Below are positions 1 through 8,541 of a DNA stretch of 32,000 bases, in pieces (position 1 is the stretch's first letter; each line of letters begins with the position of its first letter). Origin of the DNA: an uncultured Erysipelotrichaceae bacterium (GTDB lineage Bacteria > Bacillota_I > Bacilli_A > Erysipelotrichales > Erysipelotrichaceae); assembly GCA_942492995.1 (NCBI GenBank), contig OW818653.1, forward strand, positions 750,001 through 782,000. The letters are read 5' to 3'. The translations under genes and the position numbers were made by a program. The notes under the pieces are model-generated. The model was not told where the DNA came from and searched no databases. It saw only the letters and a list, made by a program, of their open reading frames with translations.

Positions 1-1318
1 CTAAATTAGTTGAGAGTGAACTACTACGATACGCATCATAATAACTTATTGCGGAGTTTAGTGCAGGTACAGGAATTCCTGAAAGTATCGAAATAGCGTT
101 TACTTCACGTAATGCGCTTAATCCTTCTTTTACGATATTCATAAAGTAATCATCGAGTAATAAGTTTTCTAGTTTAGGATTCTTTTCATATGCTTCCGCG
201 ATACGATTTAAGAATTGTGCACGTATAATACATCCACCTCTAAATATTTTAGATATTGCCTTAAAGTCTAAATCCCAATTGTAATGTTTTGCGGCTTCTT
301 TTAATAATACAAAGCCTTGTGCATACGATACGATTTTAGCTAAATATAACGCTAAACGAACTTTTTCGATAAAGTCTTCACGATTTACTGTTTGCGTAAT
401 TATATTAACTGGTAATACCGTTTGAGCATGTAGTCTTTCGTCTCTTCTAGCTGAAATAAAACGAGCAAATACAGCACTTGTAATAACTGAAGTATGGATA
501 CCTAAATCCATTGATTCTTTAGTAGTCCATATACCTGTACCCTTTTGACCTGCATTATCCTTTATTACATCGATAATGTCATTATCAGATAAATCGTCTT
601 TTGTTTTAAATATTTGACTAGTAATCTCAATTAAATATGAATTTAAATCACCTTTATTCCAACTCGTAAATACATCAGCTAATTCTTTATTGTTTAAACC
701 ACCAACATCTTTTAAGAGTTGGTATGCTTCAGAAATCAATTCCATGTCTCCATATTCAATGCCATTGTGCACCATTTTAACGTAGTGCCCTGCCCCATCA
801 CTTCCGATGTAGGTTGTACATGGTTCTCCATCAACTTTAGCAGAGATAGCCTCTAGAATCGGTTTTAAGTAGGTATGTGCTTCAATACTGCCACCAGGCA
901 TGATAGCTGGACCAAATCGAGCTCCTTCTTCACCACCTGAAACACCCATACCAACAAAATTGAACCCAAGTTCTTTATAATACTTTTCACGACGAATGGT
1001 ATCAAGATAGAAAGAGTTACCAGCATCTACGACAATATCACCTTTATCAATTAAAGGTATAAGTTGATCAAGAATCGCATCAACAGGTTTACCTGCTTTA
1101 ACCATTAGAATTATTTTACGAGGACTTTCTAGTTGTGCCACTAAATCTTCTAGGGTTGTTGCGCCAACCAATCCTGAATTTGGATTTTCATTTAAAACTT
1201 CATTCATAACATCCGTTGTACGGTTATATATAACAACCGAATAACCATGATCTACGATATTTAGGGCAAGATTCTTACCCATTACTGCCATTCCTATAAC
1301 TCCAATATTTTTTTTCAT
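1..1318 (-). CDS. gnd: 6-phosphogluconate dehydrogenase (decarboxylating); C-terminal end cut by window edge
   Basis: Absent from the ORF track because no stop lies in the window. My minus-strand translation from ATG 1318..1316 gives MKKNIGVIGMAVMGKNLALNIVDHGYSVVIYNRTTDVMNE (Gnd Rossmann motif). The frame stays open to base 2, ending ...LNSAISYYDAYRSSSLSTNL. AAGGAG lies 7 nt upstream of the ATG. Confidence 0.9.
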   Translation of the reverse strand, partial: MKKNIGVIGMAVMGKNLALNIVDHGYSVVIYNRTTDVMNEVLNENPNSGLVGATTLEDLVAQLESPRKIILMVKAGKPVDAILDQLIPLIDKGDIVVDAGNSFYLDTIRREKYYKELGFNFVGMGVSGGEEGARFGPAIMPGGSIEAHTYLKPILEAISAKVDGEPCTTYIGSDGAGHYVKMVHNGIEYGDMELISEAYQLLKDVGGLNNKELADVFTSWNKGDLNSYLIEITSQIFKTKDDLSDNDIIDVIKDNAGQKGTGIWTTKESMDLGIHTSVITSAVFARFISARRDERLHAQTVLPVNIITQTVNREDFIEKVRLALYLAKIVSYAQGFVLLKEAAKHYNWDLDFKAISKIFRGGCIIRAQFLNRIAEAYEKNPKLENLLLDDYFMNIVKEGLSALREVNAISILSGIPVPALNSAISYYDAYRSSSLSTNL

Positions 1319-1364
1319 ACTTGATCTCCTTATATTTATTGTATCGTAATTAGTAATAAATTCA

Positions 1365-1919
1365 TTATTCTTTTATAATAATTTCTTCTAAATTCTTTCT
1401 GATTCCTGGAAACTCACGTGCTTGTTGAGATTCACTTAATGAAGATGATTCACCATGATATCCAACCGCAATCATAAGTAAGACACTAAAGTCATCACTT
1501 ATTTTAAATGTATTACGAATCATTTCTTTATCAAACCCTCCCATACTATGTGCGATTAATCCGCGTTTTGTGGCTTCTAAACTAAGGAATGCAAAAGCGG
1601 ATCCAGCATCAAATTGATGATAAGAATTTTCTTTACCATTCTTAGTATGTGTACGTTTAGAGATTAATGCGATTAAAAGTGGTGCGTGTTGAGCCCATTC
1701 ATAATTAGATGGTGTTAGTGATGATTGTAATAATTTTAATGTTTCTGGATCAAATCCAATAATAAATCGCCATGGCTGTTCATTAACCGAAGATGGCGCA
1801 TACGATGCGGCTTCAATCATCGCATAAACATCTTCTTTTGTTACTTGTTTTGTACTAAATGCTCTAGCAGACCATCTTTCCTTAATTTCTTTTAATATTT
1901 CATACTTAAATGTTCTCAT
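1365..1919 (-). CDS. nitroreductase-family NAD(P)H oxidoreductase
   Basis: The track ORF is 1365..1961. Nitroreductase-like motifs are present (RWSARAF, APSSVNEQPWRF). I trimmed the start to ATG 1919 (MRTFKYE...) because GAGGT sits just upstream and the longer N-terminus overlaps a TGGTATAAT promoter. Confidence 0.75.
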   Translation of the reverse strand: MRTFKYEILKEIKERWSARAFSTKQVTKEDVYAMIEAASYAPSSVNEQPWRFIIGFDPETLKLLQSSLTPSNYEWAQHAPLLIALISKRTHTKNGKENSYHQFDAGSAFAFLSLEATKRGLIAHSMGGFDKEMIRNTFKISDDFSVLLMIAVGYHGESSSLSESQQAREFPGIRKNLEEIIIKE

Positions 1920-1944
1920 TTTTACCTCAAAGTTCAATGGGTTG

Positions 1945-1953
1945 ATTATACCA
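1945..1953 (-). promoter_or_regulatory. extended -10 promoter (TGGTATAAT) for the nitroreductase-gnd unit
   Basis: The reverse complement of 1945..1953 reads TGGTATAAT (TGnTATAAT). It lies about 25 nt upstream of ATG 1919 and just downstream of the kbl terminator. Confidence 0.5.
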
Positions 1954-1985
1954 TGACGCATCTTTCGTCTTATTTTATATGCTCA

Positions 1986-2015
1986 ATTAAAAACCAAAGA
2001 ATAGTATCTTTGGTT
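1986..2015 (-). terminator. intrinsic terminator after kbl
   Basis: Minus-strand RNA forms AACCAAAGA-uacuau-UCUUUGGUU (9-bp stem) followed by UUUAAU. The stem begins at the kbl stop codon. Confidence 0.6.
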
Positions 2016-3198
2016 ATAAGTTAATCAGATTTTTTACACGTATAAATGCTTGAACTGCTACATCTAATTGTTCTTTCGTATGTGATGCACTAACCATAAC
2101 TCTTACTCTTCCTAATCCTTTTGGGACTGTTGGGAAAATAATCGGTGAAACATAAACACCTTCAGTTAAAAGTGTTTTAGAGAATAAAACAGTTTTGGCT
2201 TCATCTCCGATAAATACAGGTGTAATTGGTGTTTCAGAATGACCGATATTAAAACCAGCATCACTCATTTTAGCTTTGAAATAATTCGCATTATCCCAAC
2301 ATGCCTTAGTATACTCATCAGACTCACTTAACATTTTAACAGCTTCAAGTAATGGTCCAACGACAGCTGGAGGTAAATAGGTTGAGAATAATAATGGACG
2401 AGCACGATGTGCTAACCATTCTTTCATAACTTTACGACCTGCCACATATCCACCGATGACACCGAATGCTTTTGATAAAGTCCCAATCGTGAAATCAATA
2501 CGTCCATGTAAGTGGAAATGATCGACCGTACCTCTTCCATTTTCACCTAGAACACCTGATCCATGCGCATCATCCACATAGGTTAAACATTGGTATTTTT
2601 CTGCTAATTCAACTATTTCAGGTAATTTAGCTAAATCACCATCCATTGAAAATACACCATCTGTAATGATTAATACTTGATTATATTTATTACGTCTTTC
2701 CAATAAAACACGTTCTAAATCTTGCATATCTGAATGTTTAAATACAGCTTTATCAGCACGAGATAGACGTACTCCATCAATAATTGACGCATGATTAAGT
2801 TCATCAGAGACAATTAAATCACCAGCTTGTGTAATTGCTTGAATTACGCCCGCATTACAATTAAATCCCGATTGAAATAACATAACTGCTTCTTCTTTTT
2901 TAAACTTCGCAAGTGCTTCTTCTAGCTCTTCATGAATGTTCATGTTGCCGACAATTGTTTTAACCGCACCTGCCCCAACACCATATTTTTCGATTGCTTC
3001 AATCGCAGCTTTTTTAAGCCGTGGATGATTAGCGAAGCCTAAGTAATTATTTGAACAAAGATTAATGACTCTTTTACCATCAATCGTTACTTCTGCTTCA
3101 TTAGCGGATTCGATAACAGGAATTTTACGATAAACACCAGTATCTTTTAATTCTTGAACTTGTTTCTGCAAGAAATCTAAATCATGAATATTCGCCAT
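2014..3198 (-). CDS. kbl: 2-amino-3-ketobutyrate CoA ligase (glycine C-acetyltransferase)
   Basis: 394 aa with the class-II aminotransferase / alpha-oxoamine synthase pattern. The PLP-lysine motif is GTLSKAFG and DDAHGSG is present. AGAGGTGA serves as the RBS. The start overlaps the tdh stop as TAATG. Confidence 0.88.
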   Translation of the reverse strand: MANIHDLDFLQKQVQELKDTGVYRKIPVIESANEAEVTIDGKRVINLCSNNYLGFANHPRLKKAAIEAIEKYGVGAGAVKTIVGNMNIHEELEEALAKFKKEEAVMLFQSGFNCNAGVIQAITQAGDLIVSDELNHASIIDGVRLSRADKAVFKHSDMQDLERVLLERRNKYNQVLIITDGVFSMDGDLAKLPEIVELAEKYQCLTYVDDAHGSGVLGENGRGTVDHFHLHGRIDFTIGTLSKAFGVIGGYVAGRKVMKEWLAHRARPLLFSTYLPPAVVGPLLEAVKMLSESDEYTKACWDNANYFKAKMSDAGFNIGHSETPITPVFIGDEAKTVLFSKTLLTEGVYVSPIIFPTVPKGLGRVRVMVSASHTKEQLDVAVQAFIRVKNLINL

Positions 3199-4256
3199 TA
3201 TTTCACCTCTTGATTAAACATTAATACAACTTTACCGCAATTCCCACTCTCCATTAAACTCATAGCTTCTTCATAGTCTGTATACGGTAATTTATGCGTT
3301 ACGATATCATTTAAGTGTAATTTACCGCTTTGGATTAAGCCTTTAACTTGGAACCATGTTTCATACATTTTACGACCTGTAATACCATGGATTGTAATTC
3401 CTTTAAATACGATATGGTTTGTTACATCAATCTCAACCTTTTTAGTTGGAACACCTAAAATGGATAAATGACCACCTAGTTTTAAATATTCAAGAGCTTG
3501 ATTAAGTGCATGTCCATTTCCTGACATTTCACAAACAACATCTATTCCAGCTCCATCGGTTAAATCGAGGATTTGTTGGACTAAATCACTATCTAGTGCA
3601 TTAAGACAAACATCTGCCCCAATTTTCTTAGCTAAATCTAAACGATATTGATTAACATCAATCGCAAATACACGAGCTGCCCCAACTGCTTTAGCTACAT
3701 CTACTGCCATAATTCCAATTGGACCCACTCCAACTATGGCAACTGTTTTACCAACTACATCTTGCGCTAATACAGTATGTACCGCGTTGCCTAAAGGTTC
3801 TTGAATGGATAGATATTCTGGAGGAACGGTTGGATCGTTCTTCCATGCATTGACTGCAGGGATTGCGATATATTCCGCAAATGCACCATCACGATCAACG
3901 CCTAGTACGGATGTATTTTTACAGATATGTGATCGACCAGTTAAACAGAATTCACATACACCACATACAATATGCGTTTCAGCAGAGACAATATCTCCAA
4001 CTTGAATGGTATGTACACGTTTTCCTACTTTAACAACTTCTCCCGCTAATTCATGTCCCATGGTTTGCGGTATCATTTTAATTCTTGATTCTGCCCATTT
4101 ATCCCAAGTATAAATATGCACATCTGTACCACATACGGATGCGGCGTATACCTTGACTAAAATCTCATCTTCGAGGATTTCTGGAACATCTTTAACTAAT
4201 ATTTCCATCCCTCTTTTTCGTTCAATTTTACTCAAGGTTATCATTTTAGTGTCCAT
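3198..4256 (-). CDS. tdh: L-threonine 3-dehydrogenase (Zn-dependent MDR family)
   Basis: 352 aa. Motifs are the catalytic Zn site CGTDVH...GHELAGEV, the structural Zn cluster [15 protein letters not shown], and the Rossmann motif GVGPIG. GGAG lies 7 nt before ATG 4256. The gene is paired with kbl as in the classical tdh-kbl operon. Confidence 0.88.
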   Translation of the reverse strand: MDTKMITLSKIERKRGMEILVKDVPEILEDEILVKVYAASVCGTDVHIYTWDKWAESRIKMIPQTMGHELAGEVVKVGKRVHTIQVGDIVSAETHIVCGVCEFCLTGRSHICKNTSVLGVDRDGAFAEYIAIPAVNAWKNDPTVPPEYLSIQEPLGNAVHTVLAQDVVGKTVAIVGVGPIGIMAVDVAKAVGAARVFAIDVNQYRLDLAKKIGADVCLNALDSDLVQQILDLTDGAGIDVVCEMSGNGHALNQALEYLKLGGHLSILGVPTKKVEIDVTNHIVFKGITIHGITGRKMYETWFQVKGLIQSGKLHLNDIVTHKLPYTDYEEAMSLMESGNCGKVVLMFNQEVK

Positions 4257-4320
4257 GCCATTACTCCATTCATTTATGTTTCTATTGTATCACAAACCCA
4301 TATTATTCAATTTAATCTAA

Positions 4321-4344
4321 TAAAAAATCGTTCAAGAACGATTC
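4321..4344 (-). terminator. intrinsic terminator after the DegV operon
   Basis: Minus-strand RNA forms AAUCGUUC-uu-GAACGAUU followed by UUUUA, directly after the stop at 4345..4347. Confidence 0.6.
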
Positions 4345-4692
4345 TTAATTTTGATAGAATTGATAACTTAACATTAAGCGCGTAAATTCAGACACAAAGT
4401 CATCTTCACTTCCCCAATCAAAGCTAAACAATACACTTTGACTTGCTCCAGACGCAATTGCGACAATCTGTGTTTTTCCCTTAACTTCACTTACCATAAT
4501 ACTTAAACTTACACGATTGCTCACACGCATAAAGTACTTTTCATATACGATTAAATACGTTATTCCTGTTTCACTTTCAATAAAACCTTCATCCACAAAT
4601 TCAAGTGAAATACCTAATTTTGGGACTTCATCTTTGATTATGTTTAACGTTTGATCTAATGTATAATTTCCAACAAGTTGTACAAGTGACAT
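4345..4692 (-). CDS. hypothetical 115-aa cytoplasmic protein
   Basis: Clean ORF with an AAGGTAA RBS, 9 nt downstream of the DegV stop and so co-transcribed with it. It has no TM segment and I recognise no family with confidence. Confidence 0.55.
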   Translation of the reverse strand: MSLVQLVGNYTLDQTLNIIKDEVPKLGISLEFVDEGFIESETGITYLIVYEKYFMRVSNRVSLSIMVSEVKGKTQIVAIASGASQSVLFSFDWGSEDDFVSEFTRLMLSYQFYQN

Positions 4693-4701
4693 TGTTTTAC
4701 C

Positions 4702-5553
4702 TTAATTTATAATGAATTGAATGCCTAAACAATCAAGTCCTGTATGAGATGCGATAACAGCCGCGATTGCTTGAATTTGAATACTCGATTCAGAATATCC
4801 TTTTGAAATAAGTAATTGTTTTGTTAATTCACAACGTTCATCTGCTGCACTATGAATAATATAGATACTTACTGATTTACCAGAGAACGTATTATCTAAG
4901 GTTTCAATTGCGCTTTCCAATGCTTTTCTTTCCGTTCTTACTTTGCTTAATACATCAATTTTACCTGCAACACTTTGATTTAATTGGAGTACTGGACGTA
5001 TTTTAAACATACTCGCAAGTGATGCGGCTAATGGCGTTAAACGACCACCTTGTTTTAAGTACTCTAAATCATTTGGAAGAATAATTGTATTTGAAACCGA
5101 TATTACACGATTTAATTCAGAAATAATCTCATCAAGTTGTTTATCTTCATTAACCAATCTTTGAGCTAATTTTGCACAATGATTTTGAATCATACATGTG
5201 CTATAGACTTCAATTAGATGATGATTCAGATTAACTTCTTGGCTAGCAAGAGCGATGGATTGATATGTACTTGATAAACCGGACGATAATGGTATTGCGA
5301 TTACATCGGTATAGCCTAAGTTCTTAATTTTTATTAACATGTTCTCGATACTTTGATATAACGGTGTCGATGTTTTAGGATGTTTCTTCTCACTTAATAA
5401 TGTATATAGTTCATTGAGTTGTATTTCTACACCATCTAGGTATGTTTTACCATCCACAACAACTAATAGTGGTAATACAAATATACCTAATTCTTTTGAT
5501 TCTATTTGACTAATTCCACTTCCGGAATCTGTTAGTACGGCAATTTTCTTCAT
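4702..5553 (-). CDS. DegV-family fatty-acid-binding protein
   Basis: The N-terminus MKKIAVLTDSGSG... is typical of DegV, as is the length. The start is set at ATG 5553 (AGGAGA RBS) rather than the TTG at 5571 used by the track. Confidence 0.8.
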   Translation of the reverse strand: MKKIAVLTDSGSGISQIESKELGIFVLPLLVVVDGKTYLDGVEIQLNELYTLLSEKKHPKTSTPLYQSIENMLIKIKNLGYTDVIAIPLSSGLSSTYQSIALASQEVNLNHHLIEVYSTCMIQNHCAKLAQRLVNEDKQLDEIISELNRVISVSNTIILPNDLEYLKQGGRLTPLAASLASMFKIRPVLQLNQSVAGKIDVLSKVRTERKALESAIETLDNTFSGKSVSIYIIHSAADERCELTKQLLISKGYSESSIQIQAIAAVIASHTGLDCLGIQFIIN

Positions 5554-5607
5554 TACTATCTCCTGATTCAATAAAGGTTATTATACACTAGTCCACTTGA
5601 TATAAAC

Positions 5608-6249
5608 CTAGATTTCTTGCGATTTTAACATTTTATAGAGTTCAAGAGCTTTATCTAAATCTTCATAATGGATATGACAAGAATCAATTAGATGATAGTA
5701 CGTTCCTTGAATACAGTTAACTCGTTCTGATAAGTAGGTATGAAAACTCGCAAATTCAGATAAATTCATTAAAAGCTTTTTATACGCATCAGATGAATGT
5801 GCATGCGTATGAAATTCTAACTTACCGTGTTTACGTCTAGCCCAGAGTACTAATGTACATGGTGAGTAAAAGAAATCTTGGTCTTTTGTTTTATCCCATA
5901 ATGAAATCTGTGAATCACCCATTGGCTCATCGTAATTCAATACTTTTACCATGTATTCTACTTGCGAGAATGGTTCATCAAACATACGATGATAATAAAT
6001 TTTCGTCGTTTCATGTACTACTTTATCTTCATTATCTCCTGTACGCATAAAACGATTAATTATCTTTAAATCTTCATCGCTCATAGGAAAGTATGGATCA
6101 ACATTTTTTTCTGACGCGTCCATTATTTCAAACGCAATAAATTCATCACGATAATATTTAGTATTATCTGTTTTTGACCCTTCTTCCATGAGTGTAATAA
6201 ATGCTTTACGCCATGCTTCATTTAAATTATTTGCTTTAATTGTGATCAT
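5608..6249 (-). CDS. short, divergent thymidylate-synthase-fold protein
   Basis: 213 aa. Matching elements are the N-terminal ANNLNEAWRKAF..LMEEG, SPC131 (ThyA nucleophile motif PCx), LEFHTHAHSSD154, N162 in MNLSEF, and DSCHIHYEDL at the GDxHxY position. This resembles the archaeal-type short ThyA family. See the findings for the deviations. Confidence 0.6.
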   Translation of the reverse strand: MITIKANNLNEAWRKAFITLMEEGSKTDNTKYYRDEFIAFEIMDASEKNVDPYFPMSDEDLKIINRFMRTGDNEDKVVHETTKIYYHRMFDEPFSQVEYMVKVLNYDEPMGDSQISLWDKTKDQDFFYSPCTLVLWARRKHGKLEFHTHAHSSDAYKKLLMNLSEFASFHTYLSERVNCIQGTYYHLIDSCHIHYEDLDKALELYKMLKSQEI

Positions 6250-6270
6250 ATCTCTATTATGTTTAACTCC

Positions 6271-6301
6271 ATTAAAAAAGTCTAGTTAATCTCTAGACTT
6301 T
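6271..6301 (-). terminator. AU-rich intrinsic terminator overlapping the 3' end of the GGDEF gene
   Basis: Minus-strand RNA forms AAAGUCUAG-agauuaa-CUAGACUUU followed by UUUAAU. The GGDEF stop codon sits in the loop. The element ends about 20 nt before ATG 6249 of the next gene. Confidence 0.5.
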
Positions 6302-7641
6302 GTTTCATATATGTCTTTTTTTCGTTTATCTTCATACATACGTTTATCCGCTACTTCAATCAACTCATTTAAAGAACTGCCATCAATTGAATAAGACGCA
6401 ATCCCAAAACTAAAGTGGAAATATACTTTTTGATTATCAACTACCATCGGGTTTAGATTTACTTCATTCTCAATCGCATGAATCTTAGCATGAATCGCAT
6501 CATAGGTTGAACCAAAGAATAATCCAACAAATTCATCACCACCATAACGTGCAATAATATCACTTTGACGAGTACGTTCTTGTATTTCTGACGCAATACG
6601 TTTAATCACAACATCTCCAGTTGAATGACCATGTAAATCATTCACTACCTTCAAATCATCTACATCAAATAACACTAAGTGGAATTTCTCGTCATAACGA
6701 ATAGCTCGTCGTTTAAATACATTAAATTGTTCATCAAAGTAATGACGGTTATAGAGTTTTGTCAAAGGATCAAACATTGCCAAACGTGATTTCTCTAAAT
6801 ATAACAATTGATTTGTGATTGCTATCTGAACATTCGTACTAATGAATTCCATCGACGCAACATCATCGTCGTTAAATGCACTTTCATCCAATGAATCTAG
6901 ATTTATCATTCCATATAACTCACCATTTACATAAATCGGTGCACTTATTTCGGATTTTAAATAAACATTATCGCCTGCATAGGTTTTAACAGGATAGAAC
7001 TGATCATCAACTTGTATCTTAGATAAATTAGAAATACGATCCATTAAACCATCTGTATTACGATACAAAAATGAATCAACAACAGGAAGTTTAAACTCTT
7101 CGATTGACTTATCAAAACCAATGTATGAAACAACTTCAAATACATCGTTATTTTTAATGAATATTGAACCTAATGATGCATTCTCTAACGCTTTTAATGC
7201 GTTAACTAAGATTAAGTAGAATGTACGTTTTAAATCACTTACATTTACGATTGATTGATTAATTTCTAACATATATTGTCTCAACTTAGACAATTTTAAG
7301 ATGTCACCATCATTTTGTTTCTTTTCGACTTTATCAAGAATATATAACAAAACAGCTTGTTCATTCTTATATTCAACTAATTCACCAACTGTATTTAACC
7401 AAATTTTCTCTAGTTTAGGATTTAATAATATCAGTTCTTTTTTTGTAGGTGTGTATGCTTCTTTAAAGTTATGATAAATATCTAAATAAGAAATATCATA
7501 GTTTTCACCACATAAAAGCTCTTTTGATTTATCATCAAAATAAAGTGGTCCAGATTGATTAAAAATAATCACTGGAAAAGGAATGATTTGATTTAGCATT
7601 TGAAGTGTAATGTCATCAATCTTCTTTATGTTAAGATTCAT
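6286..7641 (-). CDS. diguanylate cyclase (PAS-like N-terminus, GAF, GGDEF)
   Basis: 451 aa. The active site is RYGGDEFVGLF. RQSD sits 5 residues upstream, matching the RxxD I-site spacing. The guanine-specifying Asp is kept in NDLHGHSTGD. The central region is GAF-like (...SAPIYVNGELYGMINLDS). The RBS is GGAGAAGG. Confidence 0.85.
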   Translation of the reverse strand: MNLNIKKIDDITLQMLNQIIPFPVIIFNQSGPLYFDDKSKELLCGENYDISYLDIYHNFKEAYTPTKKELILLNPKLEKIWLNTVGELVEYKNEQAVLLYILDKVEKKQNDGDILKLSKLRQYMLEINQSIVNVSDLKRTFYLILVNALKALENASLGSIFIKNNDVFEVVSYIGFDKSIEEFKLPVVDSFLYRNTDGLMDRISNLSKIQVDDQFYPVKTYAGDNVYLKSEISAPIYVNGELYGMINLDSLDESAFNDDDVASMEFISTNVQIAITNQLLYLEKSRLAMFDPLTKLYNRHYFDEQFNVFKRRAIRYDEKFHLVLFDVDDLKVVNDLHGHSTGDVVIKRIASEIQERTRQSDIIARYGGDEFVGLFFGSTYDAIHAKIHAIENEVNLNPMVVDNQKVYFHFSFGIASYSIDGSSLNELIEVADKRMYEDKRKKDIYETKSRD

Positions 7642-7692
7642 CGTATTTAACCTTCTCCATGTATTATTTATATTAAGATATTAGCAAATATG

Positions 7693-7721
7693 ATTTTACG
7701 CTTAATCATATATTATTTCAA
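7693..7721 (-). promoter_or_regulatory. sigma-A-type promoter for the GGDEF gene
   Basis: The minus strand reads TTGAAA (7721..7716), a 17-nt spacer, then TAAAAT (7698..7693). It lies about 50 nt upstream of ATG 7641. Confidence 0.45.
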
Positions 7722-7780
7722 TCAGAATTTTGTCATCTATAAAAATAATCATTACTAAATTGAATTAATAAAATAGTATT

Positions 7781-7813
7781 ATAAAAAAAGAATAACTTTT
7801 TTAAGTTACTCTT
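7781..7813 (-). terminator. intrinsic terminator after the YczE-like gene
   Basis: Minus-strand RNA forms AAGAGUAAC-uuaaaaaa-GUUAUUCUU (9 bp including one G-U pair) followed by UUUUUAU. Confidence 0.6.
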
Positions 7814-7818
7814 ACGTT

Positions 7819-8469
7819 TTATTGATTGTATACTAATCCCATTTTAATTAATCTCGGTTTAACAAATCGCATTATACGATCCAATAATGGCCCGAATAAC
7901 AACATACCGATAACAGTACCTTCACGTACAGTAATTGTATCTTTAAAGCTAATCGCAACAACTAAGGCAATGATAATCGATAGAATATCTGCACCTTGTC
8001 TTACTTTACCAAAATTAAGTTTGAATCGATCAGAGATGACAAGACATGCGCCTTCTAATGGGAAGCTAATGAAGTTCATAGCCATTATATTCGCAACACC
8101 GATTACGATGATAAAGATCGATAAAACAAATAGAATTAAATTAACAAAGTAGTTATTAATAATAATATTGGCATAAATTGTGTAGTACATGAAATTCACA
8201 ACATAACCCAATAAGATAGCAACAAATACTTGTAATAATGCGATCGGTTTGAATCGTTTACCTAACATTAGAAGTTGTAAAACAACACAACTAATATTTA
8301 GCAACATTGAGAAAGTCCCAATTTTCATACCAATTACAGTTGATATACTTTGTGATAACGCATCCCATGCGCCAACACCAACTGCAGCTTTAATCCCAAG
8401 ACTTGCGCCAATACCGGTAATCACAATATTTACGGATATAAACAATAGACTTAAAATCATTTTTTTCAT
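7819..8469 (-). CDS. YczE/YitT-like polytopic membrane protein
   Basis: The N-terminus MKKMILSLLFISVNIVITGIGASLGIKAAVGVGAWDALSQ resembles B. subtilis YczE-type proteins, and there are 5-6 TM segments. The start is trimmed to ATG 8469 (GGGGAG RBS). Confidence 0.6.
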   Translation of the reverse strand: MKKMILSLLFISVNIVITGIGASLGIKAAVGVGAWDALSQSISTVIGMKIGTFSMLLNISCVVLQLLMLGKRFKPIALLQVFVAILLGYVVNFMYYTIYANIIINNYFVNLILFVLSIFIIVIGVANIMAMNFISFPLEGACLVISDRFKLNFGKVRQGADILSIIIALVVAISFKDTITVREGTVIGMLLFGPLLDRIMRFVKPRLIKMGLVYNQ

Positions 8470-8541
8470 AATTACTCCCCTAACCAATTTGTAGACTTTA
8501 TTACTATACCATTACAAATCGTAAAATAGGTATTAGAAAGC

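Noticed and set aside
1920-1961. Longer N-termini in the track for several genes: nitroreductase 1920..1961, DegV 5554..5571, YczE-like 8470..8487, MarR 10395..10430, Gfo 14017..14022, MarR 14114..14134, YggT-like 18823..18846, YtxH-like 19141..19167, 104-aa 19998..20090 and pyrK 28279..28407
   Set aside because: In each case an internal ATG or GTG is preceded by a good SD at proper spacing. The extension overlaps a promoter, a terminator or the upstream gene.
6249-6275. 8-codon upstream mini-ORF (MELNIIEI) ending in an ATGA overlap with the ThyA-fold gene start, considered as a translational coupling device
   Set aside because: It has no SD, lies in the U-tract of the terminator, and is short enough to occur by chance. 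It is mentioned only in connection with the poor SD of the downstream gene.
6286-7641. Hypr-GGDEF (cGAMP synthase) or a CBASS-like signalling role for the GAF-GGDEF protein
   Set aside because: The specificity position in GHSTGD is Asp, as in canonical c-di-GMP synthases, not Ser. No effector-type gene (nuclease, pore-former or phospholipase) is adjacent.
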